Source: a virus (lineage: Duplodnaviria > Caudoviricetes). From it: a DNA stretch of 60,229 nucleotides. The stretch spans positions 1 to 60,229 of the IMG/VR virus record IMGVR_UViG_3300025101_000003. One strand, given 5' to 3'. The translations under genes were made by a program, and so were the position numbers. Each line of letters begins with the position of its first letter. The first letter of the stretch is position 1. Of this stretch, positions 23,438 to 33,655 are shown piece after piece. The notes under the pieces were generated by a model. The model was not told the DNA's origin and ran no database searches. It worked only from the letters and a program-made list of their open reading frames with translations.

Positions 23438-25021
23438 ATGGACCCACTAGATAAAGCAATTTACGACTCGCTGTTTACTCCTAGCAATCCAGGTCGACCT
23501 GGTGATGACTATGAGGCAATGTACGGGGATTACCAGTTAGCTGGTGATGTAGCAGGGACAGGCACCCCGGATTCTTTGGAAGAACAGGCAGCGTTAAGGG
23601 AACAACTCCTTAATCAGTTAAATGACAGATATAGTCGGTCGGGTCCTGGGGCTCGCTTTTCACCGCAAGTATTGGCCGACAGGACTGGTGAAGCGTATCG
23701 GAGAGAACTTGAACGTCGCGGGTTTGATCCTGACGAGTACATTAATCCCGAGGGGGTTAGGATAAAGTATCCCGAGCTGATGTTTGACAATGCAGGTCAG
23801 ATGGAGGCAGCAAAGGCGGCTTATCGTAGGCAGGGTGTCCCCGGCTTGATTGAGCTGGACCCCGAAGGCTATGGGGCATACGAAGGCTTTGAGCCAAACT
23901 CGGACTTTCTGGCATCAGGTAGAAATACTGACGCCTATGCGGAACATCTACTTCCCCCCGGCTATGCGGACCTGCTTCGTGCTGAACGCGATTACGATAT
24001 CGCAAGAATGATGGCAAAAGATCCGGAGCTAGAGGAACTTGGGATGGGTCCTCTCCGGGCGTATACGCAGGACAACATACCGTTCAGTAGACACAGCAAT
24101 CTAGCTGGTGAGCCATATTACCCAAGGTTTCAGGGGACAATGCGTGGCATGTTGAACGCTATGGAAAGTGGATCAAATGCTCCTGTCATGAGTGGCATGG
24201 AGCAAACGATGGGTCTTCTTCCCAACGCTATTTACTTCAATGCCGACACGCCCGTTAGCACTGGTGGTCCGGTTGCAACACCAGCCGGTGTGATTTACCC
24301 ATCGTCACCCCAGCAAGACTCCGACTTCGGTTCGTCATTCGATAAGGCGAGTAAGTTTCTAGGGGAGCGAGCTGACGTCAGAAGCGGCATGGCAGACAAG
24401 ACAGCATTGGACAACCCATACGGCACATCGACATCAGACAACATTAGAAGTCTTCGCAACGAGGAAGAAAGGTTGCGAGACAGAACACCTGCGATGGGGA
24501 CGGACTCAATACGAAGCCTCACTGGTTTAAGTGTGCCACCTGTTCTTGGTGATATTTATGACGGTGTAGCTAATGTAATGGACGGCAGTCAGGCACTTGG
24601 CTTGATAGGCGGAGGGCCTCTTGGTCCTGCTTTAACTGCCACAGCAAAGGGCTTGAAGGGAGATGCTGCTCTCGACCTTGGGATAAGCTCAACGCTTGGT
24701 GCTGCTTACGGAGGAAACCCGGATCGAAGTTGGGGAGAATATCTCTTTAAGCCTGATACAGAAAGACAAGCTGCTCCTCAGGCAGTAGTCGACCAAAGGT
24801 CGCGCGAGCCTGTGTTTGGCACTGGTGAACGAAAGTTTGGCACCATGAGTGAAGCCAAGGAGTTCGCTAAGTATGCCACACCCCCTGAATTAGCAGAACA
24901 ATATAAAAATTCGCGAAGCGAACGCGCGGCGCAAATGTTGCAGAAGCAACGCGAAAAACGCGAGGCTGAAGCCGCAAGGCAACGAGAGATCATGGGGAAC
25001 CCATTTAAGTTCCAACCATAG
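23438..25021 (+). CDS. Hypothetical protein, probably an internal virion protein
   Basis: 527 aa, G/A/P/D-rich like the ejection proteins; precedes the scaffold gene. Confidence 0.65.
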   Translation: MDPLDKAIYDSLFTPSNPGRPGDDYEAMYGDYQLAGDVAGTGTPDSLEEQAALREQLLNQLNDRYSRSGPGARFSPQVLADRTGEAYRRELERRGFDPDEYINPEGVRIKYPELMFDNAGQMEAAKAAYRRQGVPGLIELDPEGYGAYEGFEPNSDFLASGRNTDAYAEHLLPPGYADLLRAERDYDIARMMAKDPELEELGMGPLRAYTQDNIPFSRHSNLAGEPYYPRFQGTMRGMLNAMESGSNAPVMSGMEQTMGLLPNAIYFNADTPVSTGGPVATPAGVIYPSSPQQDSDFGSSFDKASKFLGERADVRSGMADKTALDNPYGTSTSDNIRSLRNEEERLRDRTPAMGTDSIRSLTGLSVPPVLGDIYDGVANVMDGSQALGLIGGGPLGPALTATAKGLKGDAALDLGISSTLGAAYGGNPDRSWGEYLFKPDTERQAAPQAVVDQRSREPVFGTGERKFGTMSEAKEFAKYATPPELAEQYKNSRSERAAQMLQKQREKREAEAARQREIMGNPFKFQP

Positions 25022-25026
25022 TTCCT

Positions 25027-25057
25027 GCTTGGGCCTATCTCGGTACAGACGTATACT
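25027..25057 (+). promoter_or_regulatory. Putative promoter of the scaffold/capsid operon
   Basis: TTGGGC-17nt-TATACT containing GGTACAGACG, shared with 27971-28000. Confidence 0.5.
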
Positions 25058-25091
25058 TCTGCGGTCCCTTCAAAACCCGCAGGAGTAAATC

Positions 25092-26183
25092 ATGAGCGAA
25101 GAACAAGCTCCGGAACAAGAAAATGCAACTGTTGCTGATCAGCCTGTGGAGGCGAGTCCTCCAGTTGAGAATACGTCGCCCGAACAGGAAGTGGCGTCAA
25201 CGGTGGATCAGCCGGTCCCATCAACTACCGAACAGCCTTCGGTTTGGAACGCCTTTCGCGCTCTCCCTGACTTCCAAGGGCAAGAAGACTCTGCGATTGC
25301 TCAAAGCCTATACGAAACAATGGAAAGAGAACGTGGGGCTCAAAAAGCGCTAGCACAATATCAGCAGCTGATTCCATACGCCAACGAGTATCTTCGTCAC
25401 CGGGATGACTTTGAGACTTTCTTAGCGAGCCGAAACGGTCAGGTCCAACAACAATCGCCAACTCCAGTGCAGCAACCTGCACAAGAACAGTCTTGGTGGA
25501 ATCCCCCTGAACTGAAAGATAGTTTCAAGAGATTTCTCGTAAGAGACGAGCATGGCCGAGAAGTTGTTTCGGAGGATGCTCCGCCCGAAGCTCGACTTGC
25601 CATAGAAGACTTCATGCAGTATCGGGCCGACTTTGCTCAAAAGTTCTTAGCAAACCCCGAAGAAGCACTTGGTCCGATGGTTGAGAAGGTGGCAACTCAA
25701 AGGGCCCAGCAGCTCTTAGAAGACACCTTAAGTACCCGTGATAATGAAACGTACGTTAATTCGTTAGAGCAAGAGAATGCAGATTGGCTGTATGAGGCTG
25801 ACGGGTCAACTCCTACGCAAGAAGGTTTAGCAGTCCAGCGGTACATAGAACAAGCGTCACAGCTTGGTATTCAGAGTGCTGAACAGCGATGGGAGTACGC
25901 TACTTCTATGGTTGAACGAGACCTTCTGGTGCAAATAAAGGACTCGGATGAGCGTCAGGCTGCAATTAGTCAGGCTTTGCAAAACCCAGCAGCTCAACCC
26001 GCAGCGGCTCAGGAGGCTCAGATACCCCAAAACCAAGCTGAACAGGACATAGATTACTTAAGAAGGGAAGCCTCTAGGAACCCGTCGCGATCAAAGGGAT
26101 CGTCGGACCCAAGGGCTCCCCAACAGCCAATGACGTTTGAGCAAAGGCTAAAGTCGCAGTTGGCAAAAGACAACTTAATTTGA
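25092..26183 (+). CDS. Capsid scaffolding protein (putative)
   Basis: Acidic, Q/E/P-rich, helical; directly upstream of the major capsid gene. Confidence 0.7.
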   Translation: MSEEQAPEQENATVADQPVEASPPVENTSPEQEVASTVDQPVPSTTEQPSVWNAFRALPDFQGQEDSAIAQSLYETMERERGAQKALAQYQQLIPYANEYLRHRDDFETFLASRNGQVQQQSPTPVQQPAQEQSWWNPPELKDSFKRFLVRDEHGREVVSEDAPPEARLAIEDFMQYRADFAQKFLANPEEALGPMVEKVATQRAQQLLEDTLSTRDNETYVNSLEQENADWLYEADGSTPTQEGLAVQRYIEQASQLGIQSAEQRWEYATSMVERDLLVQIKDSDERQAAISQALQNPAAQPAAAQEAQIPQNQAEQDIDYLRREASRNPSRSKGSSDPRAPQQPMTFEQRLKSQLAKDNLI

Positions 26184-26193
26184 AAGGTATAAC

Positions 26194-27312
26194 ATGCCGT
26201 CGAGTACAGATTGGGCCAGGACTATCGGGACGACGTTAGTCACCCACCTCAAAGAGGAAGAGCAGACTACGTTTCGCAAGTTCAAAGTGTTCGCTGCCTT
26301 GGAAGGTAGCGGTCGTGTTGCAATGAACCAAGGTGGTCGTGGTTTCGACTGGCAGGTTCGTTGGAGAAATCAACCAGTGACATCCAACAACGGAGAGTCA
26401 CCAAGAGTTTTCAGTCGTCATAACCTATGGCACCGAGCATATCTTCCCTATCGTGGCTACACCGTCACGGACCAAGTAACAAAACGGGAGATGCTTGAAA
26501 ACAGAGGCGCACAGGCGCTTGTCGACGTTGCAGGTAAAATGGCTTCGCGACTACAAGAGTCCATGCAGGAACATCTCTCCAAAGAGATTTACATTGACGG
26601 TAACTCTGCTGGTAATGAAAACCGATGGCACGGCCTAGAGTCAATCTTTGCTGTCAACGGCACTGTAAACATTAACACTGGAGCCCAGCGTGCAGCAACT
26701 GCTGATGACATGTTTGGCTTCCCGGCTGACACTTATGCCGGTCTTAACACTGGTCTTGGTCACTACGCTGGTAGTCAGACTGAAACTGGTTCATGGCCGA
26801 GTGCAGCAGCCGACCCAGAGTATGACTTCTACTCTCCTGTAGTTGTTAATTACACGAGCACTGGGTTTGGTGGTGCAACCGCGACTTGGAAGGATCAGTG
26901 CATCGAGGCAATGCGAGAGGGTGTTCATCACGCCAAACGCAATGACACTCGTGAAAGCCAGATCGACATGATCTTGGTTAATCGCAAGATGTACATTGAC
27001 TTCCTTAACCGACTAGATAGCCGTGAGCGAGCAATCGTTTCAAAGACTAACGGTCTACGTAGCTACGGATTCGGCGACGTCGTTGAACTCGATGGTATCG
27101 AAGTTTCAACAGAGTACTCAGTACCTGCTGGTGTTGGCTATGGAGTCAGCATTGGTAACATGGAACTGAAGTGCATGGAAGGTCAGTTAATGGTTGGCGA
27201 GGGTCCTTTCTACAATGAAGAACTTCAAAGCCATCGTTATGCCGTTTCAGTCTTGGCAAACATCAAGATGAAATCGCCTCGTAACTTCGTCAAATTCGCA
27301 GCGCTTGCTTAA
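26194..27312 (+). CDS. Major capsid protein
   Basis: 372 aa; position after scaffold; IYIDG...W.GL and DGIEV..E patterns typical of HK97-fold coat proteins. Confidence 0.82.
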   Translation: MPSSTDWARTIGTTLVTHLKEEEQTTFRKFKVFAALEGSGRVAMNQGGRGFDWQVRWRNQPVTSNNGESPRVFSRHNLWHRAYLPYRGYTVTDQVTKREMLENRGAQALVDVAGKMASRLQESMQEHLSKEIYIDGNSAGNENRWHGLESIFAVNGTVNINTGAQRAATADDMFGFPADTYAGLNTGLGHYAGSQTETGSWPSAAADPEYDFYSPVVVNYTSTGFGGATATWKDQCIEAMREGVHHAKRNDTRESQIDMILVNRKMYIDFLNRLDSRERAIVSKTNGLRSYGFGDVVELDGIEVSTEYSVPAGVGYGVSIGNMELKCMEGQLMVGEGPFYNEELQSHRYAVSVLANIKMKSPRNFVKFAALA

Positions 27313-27327
27313 TCCAGAAAGGTACAG

Positions 27328-27882
27328 ATGAGCACTCTTACTACAGATCCCGGTTTTCCTCGCGGTTCAACGCTTGGTATTACCAACAGTAACACGTACG
27401 ACGCACAAGTCGGCGATGGCAGTCATCTTCTTGGGGTACATAAAGTATTCCTTGATACAAATCCTGCCACGCAGTCGGTCACTACCAACGAAACCGTTGA
27501 GTGTATCGCTGTGAAAAATTGTTCAGGTAGCGCTCTGCTGCCTAAGACCCTTGTCAAGTTTAAGGAAGCGGCAACGCTTACTCAAGTTGACGCAGCAGCC
27601 AACAACACGCATATCCGTGTTGGGGTTGTTGATGAGTATCTTCCTGCTACGGGGGTACCAAACAATGAGGTGTTCTGGGTTGTTGTACGGGGTCCAACAA
27701 CTATCCTCAAAACGTCAGGTTCTGGGGAAGCAATCACCGCTGGTGAGTTTGTTTCCGTTGCGACTTCCAGCGATGCTGGTAAATGTCTCGACGGAACGGG
27801 AGCAAAGGTAGGCATCGCCATTGAGGCTGCCGGAGATAATGCTACCGAACTCCGAGTACTTGCGAAAACTTCTGCTGTCTGA
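27328..27882 (+). CDS. Capsid decoration/cement protein (putative)
   Basis: Follows the capsid gene; FWVVVRGP, AITAG..V...DAGK, GIAIEAA. Confidence 0.65.
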   Translation: MSTLTTDPGFPRGSTLGITNSNTYDAQVGDGSHLLGVHKVFLDTNPATQSVTTNETVECIAVKNCSGSALLPKTLVKFKEAATLTQVDAAANNTHIRVGVVDEYLPATGVPNNEVFWVVVRGPTTILKTSGSGEAITAGEFVSVATSSDAGKCLDGTGAKVGIAIEAAGDNATELRVLAKTSAV

Positions 27883-27910
27883 GCATGACTCGATAGCAGA
27901 TGGGGGGGCT

Positions 27911-27946
27911 AAGCGGCGCTGGGGTACCACGACCTCAGCGCCGCTT
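27911..27946 (+). terminator. Strong stem-loop after the capsid operon
   Basis: AAGCGGCGCTGGGGT/ACCTCAGCGCCGCTT 15-bp stem; no clear U tract. Confidence 0.55.
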
Positions 27947-27970
27947 GCTGTATGTATAGGGATAAATTGA

Positions 27971-28000
27971 GCTTGCCCACCATTGGTACAGTCGTATAAT
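27971..28000 (+). promoter_or_regulatory. Putative promoter of the packaging operon
   Basis: TTGCCC-16nt-TATAAT containing GGTACAGTCG. Confidence 0.55.
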
Positions 28001-28038
28001 GTACACCAATTCCCCCCTAACTAGAGAAAGAGGTCTAC

Positions 28039-28248
28039 GTGATGGATAATCAGCCAACTGATGACAGGCCACTTACTGACGAAGAAGTTCGCGAACGACT
28101 GAAAAGATTTGCTCGTTCACTACGAAGCGCAGGATTGGTAGGCGACACTGCCGCTAATGTTGGAGAGGCTCGTGAAGCCAACATTAACCAAGACCCTAAT
28201 GATGGACTTCCTCCCATGATGAACTCGGTTCCTCAAGTTGACCGTTAA
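28039..28248 (+). CDS. Small hypothetical protein
   Basis: GAGG RBS. Confidence 0.6.
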   Translation: MMDNQPTDDRPLTDEEVRERLKRFARSLRSAGLVGDTAANVGEAREANINQDPNDGLPPMMNSVPQVDR

Positions 28249-28254
28249 TGACAC

Positions 28255-28932
28255 ATGGATCACAAGACATGTATGGACTGCGGGATGGATTTACCTGCAG
28301 ACAGCGAACACTTCAAGGCCGATAAAGATGGAGCTTTAGGTCCTCGCTGCCTACCGTGCCATAGAGCAAAGCGTCAGGAGTATAAGAAGAACGAAAAGCA
28401 GAAGACGATGAACGACGTGGAGCACGAAGCAATGACTTCGTTTCTGCGTCAGACATCTTCTGGTGGAGAGAACATACCTCATTCAAGTGAAGTGCTTGAA
28501 CGAGTGATGTTATATCTCGGTGGTGTTAATGGGTTTGCTGGTTGCCTTGTCAAGCAGATGTTTGACTCCCCCCCAGGCAGTGCCACGCGAACCAAGATGC
28601 TAGAGGCCGTACTGCGGCTAATAGTGAAGAACACAGAGATGGGTGGTGCGAAAAAACCACTTGAACAGTGGAGCGATGCCGAACTTGAAGACGAGTTAGA
28701 CAATCGCCTTAAACGAATTGCCGCGCAGTTTGGGGGAGTAATAGTAAATGGCTCGCTCGCCGAAGAAGGAGCATCAGCCGACACCAATTCCTTCCTTGGA
28801 ATCAATGGGGGAATTTCAGGCAGCTCAACTGAAGGAGATACAGGCGGAACTGTCGAACAGGAGCATAGAAGCCCTGAAGCTGTACCGTCCAACAAAAGAT
28901 CAAGAAAAGATTCACGAAAGCAAAGCAAGTGA
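28255..28932 (+). CDS. Putative terminase small subunit with N-terminal zinc finger
   Basis: CMDC...CLPC; LEQWSDAELE near the end; directly upstream of TerL. Confidence 0.55.
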   Translation: MDHKTCMDCGMDLPADSEHFKADKDGALGPRCLPCHRAKRQEYKKNEKQKTMNDVEHEAMTSFLRQTSSGGENIPHSSEVLERVMLYLGGVNGFAGCLVKQMFDSPPGSATRTKMLEAVLRLIVKNTEMGGAKKPLEQWSDAELEDELDNRLKRIAAQFGGVIVNGSLAEEGASADTNSFLGINGGISGSSTEGDTGGTVEQEHRSPEAVPSNKRSRKDSRKQSK

Positions 28933-30430
28933 AATCTTAGTTATCGGTGGTAATAGATCCGGTAAGTCACTGTCTACATTCGTAGAAGATGCCCGTGCTG
29001 TTACAGGCATGGACCCTTTCAAGAAGTACCCTGAGAAAGACGGGAACCTTGTTATTATTGGGAGGGACTGGAAGCACATAGGTATGGTCGTGTACCCTAT
29101 GCTGTTTCGAGCCGGTGCATTTAAGATCATAAAGGACAAGAAGACTGACGAATGGAGGGCATACAATCCCATAAAAGATGCCAAACGCAAGGATGAAGCT
29201 CGTCCAGCCCCACCCTTAATACCTCCACGTATGGTCGAAAAGACTTCTTGGCTTCTTAAAAGTGCGAGCTACATACAGTCAACAACCCTGACAAATGGTT
29301 GGACTATCTACTTCTTTAGTTCAGAAGGCGAGCCTCCTCAAGGTTTCCAAGCCGACCGCGTTCATATCGACGAAGATATCGCGAATGAGAGCTGGGTTCC
29401 TGAGATGCAAGCAAGGCTTTCTGACCGCAAGGGATGTCTGTGCTGGAGTGCTATGCCGCACTCTCGAAACGACGCCTTGTTGGGACTGTCTGAGCGAGCT
29501 GACGCCGACGAGAACAAAGACAATCCAGATATAGCTAAGTTCGTCCTGAGGTTCTTGGATAACCCTCACATTGACGAAGACGAGAAAAGAAAGAACGTAG
29601 AGCGATGGTCTGCTTTGGGCAGAGATGTTCTTCGCATGAGAGCTGAAGGCGAGTTTATATCTGACTCAATACTCGTTTACCCTACATTCTCAATGGATGT
29701 TCATGGGTATGACCGAGCAGACCTTCCGCAGAATGTAGTACCTCCTGACTGGGCTCGGTATGTTGCTATTGACCCAGGACACGCTGTAACTGCTGCTATA
29801 TTCTGTGCGATACCACCAGATGAATCCATAATGCTGATATACGACCAGCTGTACATCAGGCAGTGCAACGCTCAGATATTTGGTGAACAATTCGAGAAGA
29901 AGTGTCGTGACCAATACTTTCAGTCGTTTATTATCGACATGCACGGTGGGCGACTGCGAGACATTGGCTCAGGACGTCTTCCGGTTGAGCAGTACACGGA
30001 GCAGCTTCGCGACAGGAACTGCAAGAGTGCCGTAACGGGCCATAGTTTTATGGCTGGTTGTGATGACATAGCAGCACGACTAGAGGCTACTCAGAACTAC
30101 ATTTACATAAACCCTACCACAGGGCAGCCTAAACTGCGTGTCTTACGCGGAGCTGTTCCCGATTTGGAGAGGGAAATCAAGAAATACAAGAAGAAGGTGA
30201 ATAACTTGGCCGGTAACTACATAGTTACTGATCAGCCTAACACCAGAGGGGAAGTTCACGCCTGTCAATGCGTCGAATACCTTTGTGCGTACAGACCTCG
30301 GTATGTCCAACCTATGCTCGCGCAGGAAGAGGAACCGTGGTATGTTGAATGGGCTCTCAGGCGAAAGAAGAAAAAGCAGGGGGGCGATGGATTCGTATTT
30401 CTTGGACCACGATCAGGAGGAACAGAATGA
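28748..30430 (+). CDS. terL: Terminase large subunit
   Basis: GGNRSGKS (Walker A), VHIDED (Walker B), DNPHI, AIDPG nuclease motif, HACQCVEY. Confidence 0.92.
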   Translation: MARSPKKEHQPTPIPSLESMGEFQAAQLKEIQAELSNRSIEALKLYRPTKDQEKIHESKASEILVIGGNRSGKSLSTFVEDARAVTGMDPFKKYPEKDGNLVIIGRDWKHIGMVVYPMLFRAGAFKIIKDKKTDEWRAYNPIKDAKRKDEARPAPPLIPPRMVEKTSWLLKSASYIQSTTLTNGWTIYFFSSEGEPPQGFQADRVHIDEDIANESWVPEMQARLSDRKGCLCWSAMPHSRNDALLGLSERADADENKDNPDIAKFVLRFLDNPHIDEDEKRKNVERWSALGRDVLRMRAEGEFISDSILVYPTFSMDVHGYDRADLPQNVVPPDWARYVAIDPGHAVTAAIFCAIPPDESIMLIYDQLYIRQCNAQIFGEQFEKKCRDQYFQSFIIDMHGGRLRDIGSGRLPVEQYTEQLRDRNCKSAVTGHSFMAGCDDIAARLEATQNYIYINPTTGQPKLRVLRGAVPDLEREIKKYKKKVNNLAGNYIVTDQPNTRGEVHACQCVEYLCAYRPRYVQPMLAQEEEPWYVEWALRRKKKKQGGDGFVFLGPRSGGTE

Positions 30431-30747
30431 AGGCAAATCAAGAAGTTCGCTTAGGCGATTGCGTTTACTGGTATTTAGACCCCCTAAATCCTGGCGATCC
30501 ACAGCTAGGCTGGGTGTGCCGAAGACCGGGGCAAAGCACGGTTTCTATCCTTGTTTTTGCTCCAGATGTTGGATGGGTCGAAAAACCCAGTGTTCGTCAC
30601 ATAAATGATACAGGGCTACTTGAAAATCCAGCTTGGCAGGAATGGGGATGCTGGGACTTCGCCGATTGGATGAAGGACCTGAAGAAAGCCAACACTGTCA
30701 AGAATATCGTACAGAGTGAGCGCAGCAAGGTAAAAGCGAATGTCTAA
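30427..30747 (+). CDS. Hypothetical protein between terminase and portal
   Basis: AGGAGG RBS before ATG 30427. Confidence 0.7.
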   Translation: MKANQEVRLGDCVYWYLDPLNPGDPQLGWVCRRPGQSTVSILVFAPDVGWVEKPSVRHINDTGLLENPAWQEWGCWDFADWMKDLKKANTVKNIVQSERSKVKANV

Positions 30748-32776
30748 TGAACAACCGGAAGATGTACTGAAGTCTATTGCTAGAGGTTGGTTGAAGAAGA
30801 TTGAGTTAGCTAAAAAACACAAGCGGCCTTTCACAGAGGACGCTCGTGAAGCTATGGACTTCTTTGATGGTCCTCAGAACTGGTTCTGGAAAGAACAGTA
30901 TTCAAAGAGTGAGTATGGGTACAACAGATCCATCGCTCCCCCCGGTTTCCGCATGCAGGTAAACCGAGTCTTTGAAGCGGTTAAGCTATTTGCTTCAGTT
31001 ATCTATCATCGCAATCCGGTTCGGTCAGTTAGTCCCAACAAGTATCCCACGCTAACGCCAGAGTCTATTGGGCTGAATCCTGAAGACCCTATGGCTATGC
31101 AACAATTTGAGATGGCTACTCAGCAAAGCGACATGCTTAAAAGTAATCGCTCAACAGTTGCACAGCTCATGGCAAGATTGCTGAACTACACTCCCAATGA
31201 GCTTGACTTAAAAAGCCATTCTAGGCGAGTTGTAGATGAAGCAATTATCAAGGGTATGGGTGTTTGGTGGACAGAAATGGTTACGTTTAGTAACGGTCGC
31301 CGCATGGTCGGTTCGTTTGCTGATTCAGTAGACAACCTGATACTAGACCCAGACGCAACGGAGATTGAAGACATCTTGTGGTGCGCGAGGCGTTGTGTTC
31401 ACCCTATTGACGTCGTGGCTGAAAAGTACGGCGTTGATAGGGAGAAGCTCAAAGGAAACCTTCAGGGAAGGAATGCAACTCGCTCTGGCGACGGTTCAGG
31501 AATGCTGGAAGACGACAGCTCCCTTGATTACAAGCAAGTTGGCAAAACAAACGAGCTTGTCACTTATTATAAAATTTGGTCAAAGACCGGAATAGGTGAT
31601 CGCCTGAAAGACATGCCTAAGGAGGTAAGAGGCATCTTTGATGGTGTTGGCGAAAACTGTTATGTGGTAGTAGCACAAGGATTGGACGAGCCACTAAACA
31701 TACAACCTAATCTCCTGCAGGAGCCTGTTGATCCAGAAACAGGATTGCCTCCGAACTTATTCAGGTCAGTTCAGTGGCCTATCCCTTTCTGGGCAGAGAA
31801 CAACGGATGGCCGTTCACTGGTTTGGCGTTTCACAGGAAGCCTGGGTACGTTTGGCCCATCTCGCACATTAAGCCAGGGATACCTGAGCTCAGGTTTCTT
31901 TGCTGGGCGTTTTCGTTCTTGGCTCAACGTGTTGCTACAAGCTGCGAGACTCTCATTGGTGTAAGTAAGTCAGCTGATCAGGATATTAAGGATCAGATAC
32001 TTAGTCAGTCAGAAGCTGGATTTAAGATTGTTGAAGTATCAGAAATGATGGGACGGTCTGTAAACGACCTTATCTCAGTGTTTCAATTACCAGACGTTAC
32101 TGGGGAAATCTGGGGCGTCATTTCAGCAGTCACTGACATGCTGGACAAAAGACTTGGAATGACTGAGCTGATCTATGGTTTAACGTCTAGTCAGATGAGA
32201 TCAGCAACAGAAGCTTCAGTTAAGTCTGAGCAAATCAGTGTTCGTCCAGACGACATGGCCGAGCAGCTAGAGAACTCCATGAGTCAGCTTGCTCGAAAGG
32301 AAGCTATTGCTTCCCGTTGGCTTTTAGAGCCAGAAGACGTCGCGTCTATCTTGGGTCCTATTGGTGTTTACGCTTGGCAGCAATACATCATGCCACTTGA
32401 TCCTTCAGAGGTTTCTCACGAATACGACTACAGGATTGAGAGTGGAAGTGCTCGCAAGCCTAATAAGGCTACTCGTGTCGAGCAGATGAACACTGCATTG
32501 CAAACCCTTGGTCCGGTTTTACAGCAACTAATACCAATGGGCAATGTACAGCCGTTCAACGCCTTGGTTATGGATTGGGCGGATTCTATGGACCTTGATG
32601 CCACGCCATACCTGATTCCAGAAATGGCTCCGCCGCAACCAGAACTTCCTCTTCCCGAAGGTGGGCAGCCATTGCCGTCGCCGGAAGAAGCCCAGTCTGT
32701 AGTGGATGCGGGTGCTGCACCCGAAGCACCGGCTGAAGAGCCTCCGCCACAAATACCTCAGGAGCTGCAAGTATGA
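30740..32776 (+). CDS. Portal protein
   Basis: 678 aa after TerL; DEAIIKGMG, LILDPDA, SATEA motifs; Pro-rich tail. Confidence 0.85.
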   Translation: MSNEQPEDVLKSIARGWLKKIELAKKHKRPFTEDAREAMDFFDGPQNWFWKEQYSKSEYGYNRSIAPPGFRMQVNRVFEAVKLFASVIYHRNPVRSVSPNKYPTLTPESIGLNPEDPMAMQQFEMATQQSDMLKSNRSTVAQLMARLLNYTPNELDLKSHSRRVVDEAIIKGMGVWWTEMVTFSNGRRMVGSFADSVDNLILDPDATEIEDILWCARRCVHPIDVVAEKYGVDREKLKGNLQGRNATRSGDGSGMLEDDSSLDYKQVGKTNELVTYYKIWSKTGIGDRLKDMPKEVRGIFDGVGENCYVVVAQGLDEPLNIQPNLLQEPVDPETGLPPNLFRSVQWPIPFWAENNGWPFTGLAFHRKPGYVWPISHIKPGIPELRFLCWAFSFLAQRVATSCETLIGVSKSADQDIKDQILSQSEAGFKIVEVSEMMGRSVNDLISVFQLPDVTGEIWGVISAVTDMLDKRLGMTELIYGLTSSQMRSATEASVKSEQISVRPDDMAEQLENSMSQLARKEAIASRWLLEPEDVASILGPIGVYAWQQYIMPLDPSEVSHEYDYRIESGSARKPNKATRVEQMNTALQTLGPVLQQLIPMGNVQPFNALVMDWADSMDLDATPYLIPEMAPPQPELPLPEGGQPLPSPEEAQSVVDAGAAPEAPAEEPPPQIPQELQV

Positions 32777-33336
32777 CTGCCGCATTCGACAAACACTACC
32801 CGTTAGAGATAGCACGACAGGGACACCACGTAAGAGCCGCATACGACAGAATGATTGCAGACGGGCAAACCGAGCAATGGGCCGTCATGTGTGCATTACA
32901 GCAGCCTCCGGGCACAAAAGGCTCGGACAGGGCCTTTATGGAGGGGCGAAATAATATGGAGTGGATGAATAATATGCCCCCACATCAAGCAGCACGAATG
33001 GTCCGGGAAGCCGCTGCATCGGGCATAAATACTTCAGGCAAGTTTTATATGGGGGGCATTGCTGACAAACGCGGACACCGCGATCCAGAAGCATGGGTTG
33101 GTTCAGTAGATGATGTGAAACATGTCGCAAAACGTCGAAATCTTGAAGTTCACGGAAGCGTGGAATACACCCCACCTCAAAAAGATACCCGAAAGAAGAA
33201 GGTCGATATTGCACCAGACATTCTTGCCGAACAGGTTAAAGCTGAACGCAAGAAGAATCCCGATCTATCAATGGGTGATGCCACGGAAAAAGTTAAAGAC
33301 AAGATCGTTCCTCGCTGGAAGAGAAAGAAGAAATAA
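32773..33336 (+). CDS. Hypothetical protein
   Basis: Coupled ORF after the portal gene. Confidence 0.7.
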   Translation: MTAAFDKHYPLEIARQGHHVRAAYDRMIADGQTEQWAVMCALQQPPGTKGSDRAFMEGRNNMEWMNNMPPHQAARMVREAAASGINTSGKFYMGGIADKRGHRDPEAWVGSVDDVKHVAKRRNLEVHGSVEYTPPQKDTRKKKVDIAPDILAEQVKAERKKNPDLSMGDATEKVKDKIVPRWKRKKK

Positions 33337-33650
33337 TGCCAAATAAGATTGAAAGACTTAGTAGCGTCACCTCGTCATTGTCAATTACTGCAAGCGCCTC
33401 AACAACACCCGTCATTCCGTTTGGTGCTGCGGCTGGAGGGACTGTATTCGTCGATTCGGTCAGTGGGGCAAGCTCAATATCTTGGGTCGTGATGCACGAT
33501 ACGGAAGGAACGAACTACGCTACGAGCGAAACTACCAGCGTGTCTGCGTCAAATGCGTACGCAATTCCAGACGCTCTTTATGCTGCACCGTTCCTCAAGG
33601 CTGTATGCAATAGCGGTACGGCAGTCATTACGGTTAGCGTTAAAGGTTAA
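33336..33650 (+). CDS. Small beta-rich virion protein (putative)
   Basis: Ser/Thr/Ala-rich, coupled. Confidence 0.6.
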   Translation: MPNKIERLSSVTSSLSITASASTTPVIPFGAAAGGTVFVDSVSGASSISWVVMHDTEGTNYATSETTSVSASNAYAIPDALYAAPFLKAVCNSGTAVITVSVKG

Positions 33651-33655
33651 TTCGC

